Positions 26,619 to 36,711 of a stretch of DNA of 64,000 nt are shown in pieces. The DNA comes from Candidatus Iainarchaeum sp. GTDB taxonomy: Archaea; Iainarchaeota; Iainarchaeia; Iainarchaeales; JAZDFD01. The notes below the pieces were generated by a model. It did no database searches. It was not told the origin of the DNA and saw only the letters and a program-made list of their open reading frames with translations. The stretch spans positions 1 to 64,000 of the forward strand of contig JAZDFD010000014.1 in the NCBI GenBank assembly GCA_043808155.1. The letters run 5' to 3'. Numbering within the stretch: position 1 is the stretch's first letter; every line of letters starts with the position of its first letter. Position numbers and translations under genes: made by a program.

Positions 26619-28037
26619 ATGAATAAAGTATTTGTTTTAGGCATAGATGGAGCTCCTTTTCAGCTTATTTTTAATGAATGGTTAGATGAATTGCCGAATA
26701 TAAAACAATTAATGTTAACTGGTGTTTATGCAAAATCAAATTCAACAATTCCCCCATCTACAATACTTGCGTGGACTGCATTTGCATCTGGTTATGACCC
26801 TGGGCAGATGGGTGTGTATAGTTACACTGTCAGAGAAAATAAGTTGTCTGATGAGACAAATTTAGTGAATTCAACTTGCAAAAAGAAAAAAATGATTTGG
26901 GATTTGCTTTCAGCTAATAACAAAAAATCGATTGTACTTAACGTTCCCTTAACATATCCTGTAAACGAGATAAATGGTACGATCATAAGTGGATTTCTAA
27001 CACCTGGGCTTAAAAGCAAATGCTGTTATCCCGAAGAGTTTAAAGAAGAACTTTCTGAACTTTTTGATGACGAATATATGTTTGATGTTTCTGGTTTTGT
27101 AGGTTATAAAAATCTGGCACCAAAAGAACTCATTAAGCGAATTTACAAATTAACGGAAATGAATTTCACTCTTATAGACTATTTTCTGAAAAATAAAGAG
27201 TGGGATTTTTTCATGTCAGTTCTTATTGGCAGTGATAGACTGCAGCATAACTTATGGAGATTCATTGATGAAAAACACATAAAATACGAATACGATTCTG
27301 AATTAAAAGATTCAATAAAAAATTATTACAAATATATTGACAAAAAACTAGGGGAAATTATTTCTTTACTTCCGCCAAAGACTACTGTAATTGTGGCTTC
27401 TGATCATGGATTTGACAGAATGGACGGGCGTATAAATCTGAATCAGTGGCTTATTGATAATTCATATCTTGTATTAAAGCCAGAAATACAGGAAAAAATA
27501 AAAAAAGAAAAACTCACACTAAAACTTTCTTACATTGATTGGACTAAAACAAAAGCATATTCTGTTGGCGCGTATCAGGGGCGAATTTATCTTAACACAA
27601 AAAAAAGAACTCCCTCCGGAATCGTAGCTTCTGATGAAGTTGATTTGCTAAAGAATGAACTTAAGCAAAAACTTATTAAAATAAAAAAAGACACTGGTGA
27701 AAAATTAAATAACAAAGTTTTCTTTCCTGAAGAAATTTATGTTCCAGGTTTTACTGATGAAAGTCCGGATTTAATTGTTTATTTTGATAATCTTAAATGG
27801 GGTGTGAACAATGATATTGGTCACGATTCCCTATATTCTTGGAGCACAATTGTAGGATCCGACGATGCAGGTCATGCACCACAGGGACTTTTTATAATGT
27901 CCGGAAATAAAATTGCTAAAAAAGGTAATTTGGGCGAAATAAGCATTCTAGATGTAACACCATCAATTCTAGAACTTTTGAATCTTGAAATTCCAAAAGA
28001 CATGAAAGGTAAATCAGTTAACTTTAAGGGGCGATAA
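26619..28037 (+). CDS. alkaline phosphatase superfamily protein (nucleotide pyrophosphatase/phosphodiesterase type)
   Basis: VLGIDGA, STIPPSTILAW, DRLQH, SDHGF and DDAGH motifs. Confidence 0.88.
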   Translation: MNKVFVLGIDGAPFQLIFNEWLDELPNIKQLMLTGVYAKSNSTIPPSTILAWTAFASGYDPGQMGVYSYTVRENKLSDETNLVNSTCKKKKMIWDLLSANNKKSIVLNVPLTYPVNEINGTIISGFLTPGLKSKCCYPEEFKEELSELFDDEYMFDVSGFVGYKNLAPKELIKRIYKLTEMNFTLIDYFLKNKEWDFFMSVLIGSDRLQHNLWRFIDEKHIKYEYDSELKDSIKNYYKYIDKKLGEIISLLPPKTTVIVASDHGFDRMDGRINLNQWLIDNSYLVLKPEIQEKIKKEKLTLKLSYIDWTKTKAYSVGAYQGRIYLNTKKRTPSGIVASDEVDLLKNELKQKLIKIKKDTGEKLNNKVFFPEEIYVPGFTDESPDLIVYFDNLKWGVNNDIGHDSLYSWSTIVGSDDAGHAPQGLFIMSGNKIAKKGNLGEISILDVTPSILELLNLEIPKDMKGKSVNFKGR

Positions 28038-28039
28038 AA

Positions 28040-29116
28040 ATGAGTAAAATAAAAACTAAAATCGTGTGTACTATTGGACCTTCTTCTGATTCTATTGAAA
28101 TATTACAGAACTTAAAAGAACATGGAATGACGTTTGCGAGAATAAATATGTCTCATGCAGATTTAAATTATTTAGAGGAAAAATTGAAAATTCTTTCAGA
28201 TTTAAATATTAATGTAATTTTGGATTTACAGGGAGCAGAAATAAGAACAGGCATCACTAAAGACGCTACTTTTTTAGAAAAAGATAAACTTGTGCAGTTA
28301 GTTGACAATTCATGTATAGGTTCTTCTTCCAGTGTTTCTTTTAGAACATCATGGGTTCTTAATCAGCTGAAAAAAGATCAAATTTTAAATATTGATGATG
28401 GCTCAATTCAACTTAGAGTAACAAAACCATTTTCCTTACAAAATCAGTTTGCTGAAGGTATTGTTATAGTTCCCGGTAAGCTTGGAAATTTTAAAACAGT
28501 CAGTATTAATGCTGACTTAAATGCACCCGTTCTTTCGGAATTAGATCTGAAAGCAGTAAGACTTGCAATGCGTTTTGGTGTGCGGTATGTTGCATTATCA
28601 TTTGTAAAAAACCATAAAGATATTCAACAGCTCAGAAATATATGCGGTGGAAAAATGAACATAATTTCAAAAATTGAACACAGAGAATCACTTAATGATC
28701 TTGAAAATATCATAAAAGAATCAGATTCAATTTTAATTGATCGCGGTGATTTAGGTGCGGAAATACCTCTAGAAAAAATACCATTAACTCAGAAAATAAT
28801 AATAAAAAAATGCAGGGCGTTGGGCAAGGAAGTGTTTGTTGCAACCCATTTTTTGGATTCAATGGTTTGGAAACCTACGCCTACAAGAGCTGAATTAAAT
28901 GATGTAATAAATACAGTTATAGATGGCGCTACTGGTTTGGTTCTTGCTAAGGAAACTGCTGCAGGGATGTACCCCGTAGATGCGCTAAAAATGATGGTAA
29001 ATTTATGCAGAAATGCAGAACTTGTTTCAGAATCTTTTAATGAAAGTTCTCAAAAACAACTTTCAGCAAATGAGCAAATAATAAATGTTCTGGATAAATT
29101 AAATTATTTGGAGTAA
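28040..29116 (+). CDS. pyk: pyruvate kinase-like protein lacking the C-terminal domain
   Basis: TKIVCTIGP, RINMSH, KIE, DRGDLG and PTRAE; only 358 aa. Confidence 0.85.
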   Translation: MSKIKTKIVCTIGPSSDSIEILQNLKEHGMTFARINMSHADLNYLEEKLKILSDLNINVILDLQGAEIRTGITKDATFLEKDKLVQLVDNSCIGSSSSVSFRTSWVLNQLKKDQILNIDDGSIQLRVTKPFSLQNQFAEGIVIVPGKLGNFKTVSINADLNAPVLSELDLKAVRLAMRFGVRYVALSFVKNHKDIQQLRNICGGKMNIISKIEHRESLNDLENIIKESDSILIDRGDLGAEIPLEKIPLTQKIIIKKCRALGKEVFVATHFLDSMVWKPTPTRAELNDVINTVIDGATGLVLAKETAAGMYPVDALKMMVNLCRNAELVSESFNESSQKQLSANEQIINVLDKLNYLE

Positions 29117-29120
29117 TAAT

Positions 29121-30282
29121 ATGGCATTAATAAAACCACACAGCGGAAAGCTTGTTAATCGATTTAAAAAATCAAAAAATCCCTCTCAGTTCAAAAATCT
29201 TAAAAAACTTGTTTTAAACGATATGAAAGTTATGGATGTCGAGCAGATTGCTTTGGGCGGGTTCAGTCCTGTTGAAGGATTTTTTTGTAGTGATGACTTA
29301 CAATGTGTCATGGATAATATGAGATTAGTCTCAGGAGATGTGTGGACACTCCCCCTGTCTCTTGATGTAAATCAGAAAACTGCAGATACTTTTTCAGAAG
29401 GAGATGAAATTTCGCTTTTTGATAAAAAAGGCAATTTATTTGCATTATTTAATTTGGAAGAAAAATATAAATATGACAAAAAAGAACTTGTACACAAAAT
29501 ATACGGTACTGATTCTTTGAAGCACGCAGGTGTAAAACAGACTTTTGAACAAGGCAATATTTTACTTGGCGGAAAAATAACTTTACTTGAAAGACCTTTT
29601 TCTGAATTTAGAGCGTATGAATTGACACCTGCTGAAACCAGATCTTTGTTTATGGAAAAAAAATGGAATAAAGTTTTGGGGTTTCACACAAGAAATGTAA
29701 TTCACAGGTCTCATGAGTTTATACAATTGCAAGGGCTTGAAAAAAAGCGGTTGTGATGGTTTATTAGTACACCCTGTAATCGGCAAGAAGAAAAAAGGTG
29801 ATTTTACAACACCTGTAATCATTGAAAGCTATAAACTGATGTCAGATAATTTTTATCCTAAAAATAAGGTTGTTTTTAGTGCGCTTTCAACTTTTTCCAG
29901 GTATGGCGGACCGAGAGAAGCAATATTTACTGCACTTGTAAGACAAAATTATGGGTGTTCACATTTCATTGTTGGACGAGACCACACAGGGGTCTCCGAT
30001 TTTTATGATCTGCATGCATCACATAAAATTTTTGATGAATTACAGGATATTAAAATTAAGCCTGTGAAATTTGATGAAATTTTTTATTGCAGTGAATGTA
30101 AAGGCCCGTCTTCACATAATACGTGTTCCCATTCTCCTAAAAGTCATTTTTATGTTAGCGGTACTAAAATTAGAGCGATGATTCTTGCAGGCAAGCATCC
30201 TCCTGTGGAAGCTATGAGATCTGAAATTGCATCAATGATTATTGAGAAACACAAAAAAGGAGAAAAAATATTTGTTGATTAA
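29121..30282 (+). pseudogene. sat: sulfate adenylyltransferase split by a frameshift in an A7 run
   Basis: Frame 1: GGFSPVEGF, WTLP, GFHTRNVIHRSHE. Frame +1: LLVHP, YGGPREAIF, NYGCSHFIVGRDH, SGTKIR. Removing one A at 29740-29746 fuses them. Confidence 0.88.
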
Positions 30283-30301
30283 TTTTAGTTAGTGGTGTTT
30301 T

Positions 30302-30841
30302 ATGGAAAACAATAATCAGATTTATTTTACACTTTGGTTTACAGGTTTACCTTGTTCTGGTAAAAGTACAATTGCAGAAGAAATTAAAAAAGAACTTTTG
30401 AAAAGAAATCTCGATGTTGATTTACTTGACGGGGATATAATACGGGAAAATATATCCAAAGATTTAGGTTTCACTAAAAAAGACATTATTGAAAATAATC
30501 GTCGCGTTATGAATATATGCAAAACCCTGAATAATCAAAATAAAATAGCCATTGTTGCAATAGTTTCTCCTTTTGAAGAAACCAGAAAACTTGCAAAGAA
30601 AACTATTCCAAACTATGCTGAAATTTTTGTTGATTGCCCAGTTAAGGAATGTATAAAAAGAGATACAAAAGGTCTTTATCGTAAGGCACTGAATAATGAA
30701 ATTGAAAATTTTATTGGAATTCATGTGAAATATGAGCCACCTCAAAATCCCGATCTCAAAATCACTACAATTGATACAAAATTAGATAACAATGTAAAAA
30801 AAATTTTAGAAAAATTAGTTGAGAAAAAATATTTAATTTAA
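30302..30841 (+). CDS. cysC: adenylyl-sulfate kinase
   Basis: WFTGLPCSGKST, LDGD, DLGF, RDTKGLY and YEPP. Confidence 0.95.
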   Translation: MENNNQIYFTLWFTGLPCSGKSTIAEEIKKELLKRNLDVDLLDGDIIRENISKDLGFTKKDIIENNRRVMNICKTLNNQNKIAIVAIVSPFEETRKLAKKTIPNYAEIFVDCPVKECIKRDTKGLYRKALNNEIENFIGIHVKYEPPQNPDLKITTIDTKLDNNVKKILEKLVEKKYLI

Positions 30842-30984
30842 TGACAAAAGCAGATGTTTTGCTTTTTGTACCATAATACATTTAAACAATTCAGAGATTT
30901 TGACATTATGATTATATTCTCATTTAGGGCGTTAATAGATATTGATTTTTATAGTTTTTTAGATTTTTATTTAATAATTAAGGT

Positions 30985-32793
30985 GTGATTATGATTCCCA
31001 GAAACAAAAGAGTGGCAATTATTGGTATTGACGGTGGTAAACCTGCTATTGTTGATAATTTGTTTAAAAAAGGACTTCTGCCTAATCTTGCAGAATTAAA
31101 AGACAAAGGAACATATTCTGATCTTGAATCAATCCCAACTTCCCAGTCCCCTGTTGCGTGGTCCACTATAATTACTGGTTTGGCTCCAAGCAAACATGGT
31201 GTTTTTGATTATCTCATAAGAAATCCAAAAACAATGCAGCTTAAATTTGGGATGAATGATGAACGATTTACTTCAAGTGGAGTAGAATATGTTAATTTAC
31301 GAAAGGGAAAAGCAATTTGGGAAATGTTGGGTGAAAAAGGTAATGTTGGTATAAGTCTTTTTGTTCCAATGACTTTTCCTGCAGATGATTTTAATGGCTT
31401 TCTTTTTTCTGGAATGGGGTTGCCCGATGTCAGAGGCACGCAGGGTGTACCTACACTGTATTCAAATGAGCCAGAAATTGAAACTAAATCCGATATTCAA
31501 AAACTAATTTTCAACAACAACCAAGCAGAAACAGAACTTGTTGGTGTATCTGATATTAAAAAAAAGTTTATTTTGCATATTCAAAAAGACTCCCTCATTA
31601 TAAAACTCAATGATAGTGATGACAAAATATTTCTTAAAGAAGGACAATGGAGTAATTGGATTACACTCACATTTGATGATAATGGAAAAATGATTGATAC
31701 ACTATTCCGATTTAAATTACTTAAGTTCAGAAAAGGGATAGTAAGATTATATCTCTCACCGATAATGTATTCCCCAAGTCAGAATTTTATTCCATTTTCT
31801 TCTCCTGTGGATTACGGTGCAGAACTTTTTGAAAACACAGGAAATTTTAAAGCCCTGAGTTTCGAATCTGATGTTTACGGATTAAAAGAAAAATTAATTG
31901 ATGAAGAAACTTGGTTAGAGGATATGAAATACACTTTTGATAAGCGAATTGCTGCAGCAAAATATTCATTAACTTCAAAACCATGGAAATTTTTTGTAGC
32001 TGATTTTTTCTCAGTTGACAGGGCACAACATCTTTTCTGGAGATCAATTGATAAAAAAAATGAATTATATGATGAAAGTAAAGACTATGACTATGTTATT
32101 GATGATGCTTATGTATATACAGATGAAAAAATAGGTGAGTTATTAAAATGCTTTAATGAAGACGACTTAGTTTTTGTTGTGTCAGATCATGGTTTCTGCA
32201 GTTATCGAAAAAATGTTGAATTAAATAAAATTCTCATGGATAAAGGTTTTTTGAAGTTGAAAGACGATAAAAAATCTGAAAACTTAAATGATATTGATTG
32301 GAGCAAAACAAAAGCATACGCTCTTGGTTTTGGTGCAATTTATATAAATCTTGAAGGCAGAGAACTGAAAGGGATTGTAAAGACAGAAGATTATGAAACA
32401 CTAAGACGTGAAATTTCAGAAGAAATTAGTGGTTTTTCTTTCAATAATGAAAAAGTCATTAATGACGTTTTGTCAGGTGAAAAAATCCATTCTGAAGGTA
32501 ATTTAGATGAAATGCCAGACCTTGTGCCAATATATGCTGATGGTTTTAGATCAGGACGTGCATCTACTTTGGGCTTAGTATCGCTTAATACTGATACTGT
32601 GCACTCCAATCTGAGTAAATGGTCAGGTGACCATATAGGCCCTTTTGATTTATCAGATAATTTTGGATTTCTTTTTTCAAATCAAATTTTAAATTTTGCT
32701 TCGTCCTCTTTGTTTGATTTATCCGTAACATCATTAGATTACTTTGGTGTTGAAAAAAGCCCTAGCTTGAAAGGCAAATCATTATTGGAGTGA
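30985..32793 (+). CDS. alkaline phosphatase superfamily protein (phosphodiesterase type, with insert)
   Basis: IIGIDGG, QSPVAWSTIITG, DRAQHLFW, SDHGF and WSGDH. Confidence 0.88.
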   Translation: MIMIPRNKRVAIIGIDGGKPAIVDNLFKKGLLPNLAELKDKGTYSDLESIPTSQSPVAWSTIITGLAPSKHGVFDYLIRNPKTMQLKFGMNDERFTSSGVEYVNLRKGKAIWEMLGEKGNVGISLFVPMTFPADDFNGFLFSGMGLPDVRGTQGVPTLYSNEPEIETKSDIQKLIFNNNQAETELVGVSDIKKKFILHIQKDSLIIKLNDSDDKIFLKEGQWSNWITLTFDDNGKMIDTLFRFKLLKFRKGIVRLYLSPIMYSPSQNFIPFSSPVDYGAELFENTGNFKALSFESDVYGLKEKLIDEETWLEDMKYTFDKRIAAAKYSLTSKPWKFFVADFFSVDRAQHLFWRSIDKKNELYDESKDYDYVIDDAYVYTDEKIGELLKCFNEDDLVFVVSDHGFCSYRKNVELNKILMDKGFLKLKDDKKSENLNDIDWSKTKAYALGFGAIYINLEGRELKGIVKTEDYETLRREISEEISGFSFNNEKVINDVLSGEKIHSEGNLDEMPDLVPIYADGFRSGRASTLGLVSLNTDTVHSNLSKWSGDHIGPFDLSDNFGFLFSNQILNFASSSLFDLSVTSLDYFGVEKSPSLKGKSLLE

Positions 32794-32798
32794 TATTT

Positions 32799-32957
32799 AT
32801 GACTGAAAAGAAAAAACTGACTGAAGCAAAAGAACCTATACAAAAAAGTAAAACAAAAAAAGAAGATGACGAAAAAATAAAAAAAGAAGATGAAGACGCA
32901 ATAGAAAAAGAAAATGACTTGGTTAAACGACGTTTAAAAGCACTGGGTTATATTTAA
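32799..32957 (+). CDS. 52-aa charged peptide ending in RRLKALGYI
   Basis: Manual ORF MTEKKKLTEAKEPIQKSKTKKEDDEKIKKEDEDAIEKENDLVKRRLKALGYI; own RBS GGAGTGA overlapping the upstream stop; different frame from the upstream gene. Confidence 0.75.
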   Translation: MTEKKKLTEAKEPIQKSKTKKEDDEKIKKEDEDAIEKENDLVKRRLKALGYI

Positions 32958-32964
32958 TTTATTT

Positions 32965-34386
32965 TTATAAATAACCCATTCCTCTTAATCTTTCTTCAGT
33001 TTTTTTGCTTAGTACAACTTCGGGTGTTTCAGGTAATTTGTAATTTTTAGCATCATTGAAAAAGTCGTCTATTTCTTTTGAAAATTTATTAACTAAGTCT
33101 GGCATTTTTTCTGCTAAATTATTTTTCTCTTCAGGATCATTTTCTAGATTATAAAGTTCGATTCTTGTTGAGAATTTCTGCTTTCTTTTTTCTGTATTTA
33201 AAATTAAATTTATTGCACTCTTAACATATGTTTTGATATGCTTTTTTGGATTACTTTTGTTAAATATATTCGCGCTTTTCATGTCAAAGACTTTCTTTAT
33301 GAGTTTCCACTTTGAAGTTCTGACTGAGCGAATGATATGTGCCCCTTTATGATATTTAAATTCATTAAAAGCAACAAGATTTGGTTCTTGTTCTTCATCA
33401 TTAATGAAAGAAGTCAAATCAACTCCGTGGAAATTACAATTATGTTCAATTCCTGCAAGTGAAAGAACAGTTGGAACAAGATCCATTGTTCTGACCAATG
33501 ATTTAATCCTGACACCTGCAGGGATTTTAGGACCATGGAAAATAAATGGCACTTTAATTTGGTTATCGTATAAACTCAGCATTCCGTGTCCGATATGTCT
33601 ATATGGCAAATCGGGATTGTCATGTTCCATAAATGCTTCCCCATGATCTGCAAGTATAATTATGACTGTATTTTCCCAAACACCCTCTTTTTTCAGTCTA
33701 TCAAAAATAGTTTTTAATTTTTCGTCAGCTAATGCAATACCTGCATTGTAAAGTTCGCTAAGTCTTTGTATCTGTTCAGTGTTAATATCAATATCTTTGC
33801 CTCTTATGCCGTTAAAGTTATCGTTGCCTCCGATTTCTGTTGCTTTTTTACCCCCAATATAAATCTCTTTATCAGTTGAACAGAATATTTTTTTTAATCT
33901 TGATGGCGGATTATAAGATGCATGCACATCGATTATTCTAACAAATGCAAAAAAACTATTTTCTTTATTATTTGAAATCCATTTAAGCAAACCATCCTTT
34001 ACTGTGTCTAACTTATCCATGTTTGTTTCAAATAAATCGCAACCACGGGCAAAACCATGTTCTTTGGAAACGAAACCACCACTGCTGAAACACGCAGTTT
34101 TATAATTTGCCTGTTTAATAATTTCAGGAAGCATGGGGCTCTTTGGGTTTATCATTACGTTCCGATCAATAAATCCGTGTGCATAAGGATACATTCCTGT
34201 AAACAAAGAACCGTGCGCTGTTGGTGACCAATTACCCTGACTTATTGCCTGTAAAAATATTGTGCCTTCTTCTGCAAGTTTGTCAATATTAGGTGATGTT
34301 TTCCCCCCGTAACCATAACACGAAAGCCTGTCTGCACGTAGTGCATCAATATCAAAAATTATAAAATTGGGTCTTTCAGAAACCAT
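32965..34386 (-). CDS. sulfatase-like hydrolase/transferase
   Basis: PNFII.DIDALRAD, SPNID, WSPTAHGSLFTG, ADHGE, ELYNLENDPEE; ends RLRGMGYL. Confidence 0.88.
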   Translation of the reverse strand: MVSERPNFIIFDIDALRADRLSCYGYGGKTSPNIDKLAEEGTIFLQAISQGNWSPTAHGSLFTGMYPYAHGFIDRNVMINPKSPMLPEIIKQANYKTACFSSGGFVSKEHGFARGCDLFETNMDKLDTVKDGLLKWISNNKENSFFAFVRIIDVHASYNPPSRLKKIFCSTDKEIYIGGKKATEIGGNDNFNGIRGKDIDINTEQIQRLSELYNAGIALADEKLKTIFDRLKKEGVWENTVIIILADHGEAFMEHDNPDLPYRHIGHGMLSLYDNQIKVPFIFHGPKIPAGVRIKSLVRTMDLVPTVLSLAGIEHNCNFHGVDLTSFINDEEQEPNLVAFNEFKYHKGAHIIRSVRTSKWKLIKKVFDMKSANIFNKSNPKKHIKTYVKSAINLILNTEKRKQKFSTRIELYNLENDPEEKNNLAEKMPDLVNKFSKEIDDFFNDAKNYKLPETPEVVLSKKTEERLRGMGYL

Positions 34387-34680
34387 ATCACTCAGCTTAA
34401 TAGTTTATCCTTACTTATTTTAAGCATCGGTTTTTTTAAATCCAATAGCATAAATTCTTCTGATTTGCCAAATAGTTTAACCGCAAATCGATAATCCTCG
34501 GGCATAGTATCATTTCAATTGCAATGTTTTTAAATCCTTTCTCAGGTATGTGCTGTATGTGGGTTTTCAGATAACATCAAGATTTCTTGTTTTAATATGC
34601 GTTTGGAATCATTTTAATTTAATCAGTCTTCTATTTATGTACCACATTTGATTATAAGCTTTTAAACCCAAATTAATAAA

Positions 34681-35979
34681 ATGGCACAGATAAAAAGTTT
34701 TGCTAAAAATGTCATATTTGAACAAAATAAAAAATTGATAATGGCAATTACAGGTATTATTTACACTTATATTATTGCTAATTATTTGGGACCTGCAGAT
34801 TACGGCTTAGTGATTTATTTTACCGCTTTTATGGTGTTGCTTAATTTTTTTGGTGTATCTGTAATTCAATCATTAATACGCGTGTTTATACCAAAATGTA
34901 AATCAAAGGATTTATTTTTTAAAATTTTAAAATGGCAATACATAATTGTTTTACCTGTTGTTGCAGCGGTTTTCTTTTTTGCGCCAGTGATAACTGAATT
35001 CATTGGAAAAGATTTCCCATTTCTTTTACGCTGGTCTGCGATTCTAGCACTTTTTACCCCGCTGTATACTTCTCTGATTTATCTTTTTCGCGGATTTAAA
35101 CTTTTTGGAAAAGCAGTTAAGATTGAATCTGTGATGCAGATTGTTGTTTTACTTGCATCAATTCTATTTGTAATCGTTATGGGTTTTGGAATGGTTGGCG
35201 TCATATATGCACAATTGTTTGCAACCATTGTGTGTATTATTTTGGGAATTTATTATTTCAGAAAAATACCTTTTTCAAATTTAACATTAGAGTCTTCTGA
35301 AATTAAAAAATTTGTTAAATTTCGTTATCCTACTGCGTTTATAGAAAGTGGTTACCAGCAGTTTATTATTTTAATGATGGGTATTTTTATCACACCTGCA
35401 GTTTTGGGATATTTTTATCTTGCAGAAAAAATCTATGGTTTGTTTATCGGAAAGACAGCGACTACCTTGGGAGATGTACTCCACCCCTATTTAATGGAAA
35501 AATACAAGGAAAAAGACGTACTTGGGAGATTTGTGTCATTAGGCATAAAAGCAAATTTTATTGTGAATTCATTTTTCATGATTGTGATGGTTATTACAAC
35601 CCAATTCCTTCTGACAATTTTTATGCCTGATTTTGTTCCCGCAGGTATTATTGTTTTGGGTTTTGGACTAATTGCACTTATGCATCCTGTTGAAATGATG
35701 AATCACATTTTTGTAAGTATTAATCGGATGGATCTTGCGTTTAAAGAAAGAGTGATTACAACAATTATGAAAATTGTCGGTGTTCTATTGCTTATGCCTT
35801 GGTTCACTGTTACAGCTCTTATTTGGGCACCTGCATTTAATCTTTGGTCAGAATTTGTGATATTCCGTAAATATTCAAATTTTTTAAATATAAAAGTCCA
35901 GATAATTCCGAGGCGAAAAGACATATCTTTCTTTTGGTCGATTATTAAAAGAGGCTTTAAAAAATATGTGGTAAGGTGA
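34681..35979 (+). CDS. oligosaccharide flippase (Wzx/MOP family)
   Basis: About 12 TM segments; YLGPADYG and LGYFYLA motifs. Confidence 0.85.
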   Translation: MAQIKSFAKNVIFEQNKKLIMAITGIIYTYIIANYLGPADYGLVIYFTAFMVLLNFFGVSVIQSLIRVFIPKCKSKDLFFKILKWQYIIVLPVVAAVFFFAPVITEFIGKDFPFLLRWSAILALFTPLYTSLIYLFRGFKLFGKAVKIESVMQIVVLLASILFVIVMGFGMVGVIYAQLFATIVCIILGIYYFRKIPFSNLTLESSEIKKFVKFRYPTAFIESGYQQFIILMMGIFITPAVLGYFYLAEKIYGLFIGKTATTLGDVLHPYLMEKYKEKDVLGRFVSLGIKANFIVNSFFMIVMVITTQFLLTIFMPDFVPAGIIVLGFGLIALMHPVEMMNHIFVSINRMDLAFKERVITTIMKIVGVLLLMPWFTVTALIWAPAFNLWSEFVIFRKYSNFLNIKVQIIPRRKDISFFWSIIKRGFKKYVVR

Positions 35980-36123
35980 TTGTTTGAAAGCAAGCTTAGC
36001 AACATTTGCTGATAAAAAATGGGTTCATTTTTAAATAAATCGGACTGCTTTTTATTGACGGAGAGTACATTTATGACAGTGTAAATGTTTAAGGGTTTTT
36101 AAAAAGAAAAAATAAGTGTTTTT

Positions 36124-36696
36124 ATGATATCACTGATTTATTGGCATCCTGTCGTTTACAGAACAACAATGAATGTCTTATTTGCACTTTCAAACTACAA
36201 TTTAAAAGAGGAATATAAAAAAATTGCAGAAGAAGTTGGCTCACTAAGCGTTTTAGATTTATGCTGTGGTGATTGTTATTTTAAAAAATTTATTCCAAAT
36301 AATACTTATACTGGAATTGATTTCAATAAAACTTTTATAAAATGGGCAAGTAAAAAAGGGATAAATGCAGAGAACCGTGATGTTTTGAAGGAAAATTTGC
36401 CTTCTGCAGACTGCGTTGTAATGCTCGCAAGTCTGTATCACTTCCTCCCTACAAGCCAAGAGGCAATATTGCAAAAAATGATTGATTCTGCAAAGAAAAA
36501 AGTAATAATTTCAGAACCTGTCGAAAACATTTCTTCTGGACAAGCAGGTTTATTTGGAAAATTCCTTTCCAATCCCGGGGGGGAGTATACTGGGCAGAGA
36601 TTTTCCAGGGAGCAGCTGATTTCATTGTATAAAAAATTTAACGCTTCAAAGATTATGGATATGGGACGAACAATGATAGGGGTATTTGAAAAATAG
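36124..36696 (+). CDS. class I SAM-dependent methyltransferase
   Basis: VLDLCCGD, YTGID and SLYHF. Confidence 0.8.
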   Translation: MISLIYWHPVVYRTTMNVLFALSNYNLKEEYKKIAEEVGSLSVLDLCCGDCYFKKFIPNNTYTGIDFNKTFIKWASKKGINAENRDVLKENLPSADCVVMLASLYHFLPTSQEAILQKMIDSAKKKVIISEPVENISSGQAGLFGKFLSNPGGEYTGQRFSREQLISLYKKFNASKIMDMGRTMIGVFEK

Positions 36697-36711
36697 TTTT
36701 CAGGTGTTTTT

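Noticed and set aside
29738-29747. Programmed -1 frameshift at A AAA AAG in sat
   Set aside because: The downstream half is in the +1 frame, so a -1 slip would not restore the protein
34387-34680. Possible methyltransferase gene remnant on the minus strand (IQHIPEKGF-like segment)
   Set aside because: Too short and interrupted to support without a database search
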